Shown here: one piece after another, positions 6,683-7,539 of the stretch
Numbering within the stretch: the first letter of the stretch is position 1
Layout: every line of letters starts with the position of its first letter
Source of the DNA: Vitrella brassicaformis CCMP3155
Taxonomy: Eukaryota > Protista > Chromerida
Assembly: GCA_001179505.1 (NCBI GenBank)
Contig: CDMY01000972.1
Location: 1 to 7,539, forward strand
Reading direction: 5' to 3'
DNA: 7,539 nt
The notes under the pieces: generated by a model
Database searches by the model: none
What the model was told of the DNA's origin: nothing
The model's input: only the letters and a program-made list of their open reading frames with translations
Translations under genes and position numbers: made by a program

Positions 6683-7539
6683 GTTCCGCCACTCTTGTCT
6701 TGCGGCTGGCTGAAAGTAAGCAATAGAGGAGCCGAAGGGCGACTGTTCAGCTCGGCAGTGCCGCAGCTCTCATGTGCTGTCATCATCCGTTGTTGTCACA
6801 CACTCGCCTCCGTTCTGCAGGAGGTGAGTGTCGACTGACTGCAATGGTGGCCAGCTAAAGAGAGGAAGGAGGGAGGCGTCAGCCGAAGGAGGGAGGGAGC
6901 TGGCAAGCTTAGCTCGCAAGTGACAAAAAATAAGGCTCTCTCACAGGGGAAAAAAGAAGCAGAGCTACGACGCTTGCAGTGCTATCCTCCTGACCCCTTC
7001 CCTGATCTACGCCATTTCTGTCGGCGGTTGAGTCGCACCTGTGCTGCCGACACGAGGATGCTGCCCTGTGCGAGATGGGATGTGCGCCGGCTCTCGTGGC
7101 TCATGAGGCGTCCTGGGCGTGCCAGATCTGGTGCTGCTGCTGGTGCGCGGCGTGTGGTCTCCCCGAGGGAGTCGATCTCTAGCCTTGGAGCTTCGGCTCT
7201 TGCTAAAGTGTCCTTCGCTGCGTGTCACAGCCACAGTTCGGCGTTCTTACCGAAGGGCAATCTTATTGGCTCCAAGTTTTTTGATCGACAGCTCGCTTTT
7301 GGGGGCGCTATAGGAGAAGATGGGAAATTGCTTCCCGAGAGTAAGAGTGGGGAGGTGTGAGGGGTGGTGTTGCTGTGGTAGACAGCAAGACGACCACTCA
7401 CACCCTCCCCATGTGCCCGAATCGACCGCCCAGCCCAACGCGTCCAAGGAGAGACGGGAGGAGGAAGGGGAGCGGCCACCAGAGCCGTCTCAGGACCCTC
7501 AGCGTCACGAGAAGGTGGAGGAGCCTGCCCCACCTGCCC
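6683..7539. repeat. Copy B of the direct duplication (runs off the window end)
   Basis: Matches 5495-6356. Confidence 0.95.
7320..7539 (+). CDS. Second, identical copy of the MGNCFPR-starting hypothetical protein, 3'-partial
   Basis: Identical to 6137-6356; candidate intron 7341-7385. Confidence 0.5.
   Translation, partial: MGNCFPRVRVGRCEGWCCCGRQQDDHSHPPHVPESTAQPNASKERREEEGERPPEPSQDPQRHEKVEEPAPPA

Noticed and set aside
6042-6838. ORFs of 216, 233 and 154 aa spanning the N run
   Set aside because: Their lengths are artefacts of translating through the gap.

Overview
Eukaryotic, GC-rich, intron-dense genomic DNA with short GT-AG introns carrying (TG)n, (GGAT)n and (GA)n tracts. The style resembles a chromerid alveolate such as Vitrella brassicaformis; this is an inference, not verified. 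1-1955 (+) is the 3' part of an 8-exon GPI-transamidase subunit gene, GPAA1/GAA1. A convergent 3-exon gene for a ~150-aa coiled-coil hypothetical protein lies at 3548-2857 (-), and coding-like signal continues past its stop. A 235-bp foldback/MITE-like element with ~78-bp inverted arms and internal 20-bp tandem repeats lies at 3856-4090. Microsatellites and a 26-bp tandem duplication follow. The right third is a near-duplicated block (5495-6382 and 6683-7539) flanking a 300-N gap. Each copy carries a putative MGNC-starting gene, and the copies differ at splice-donor GT dinucleotides around a candidate 3-nt microexon. No prokaryotic system, CRISPR array, tRNA or rRNA is visible.
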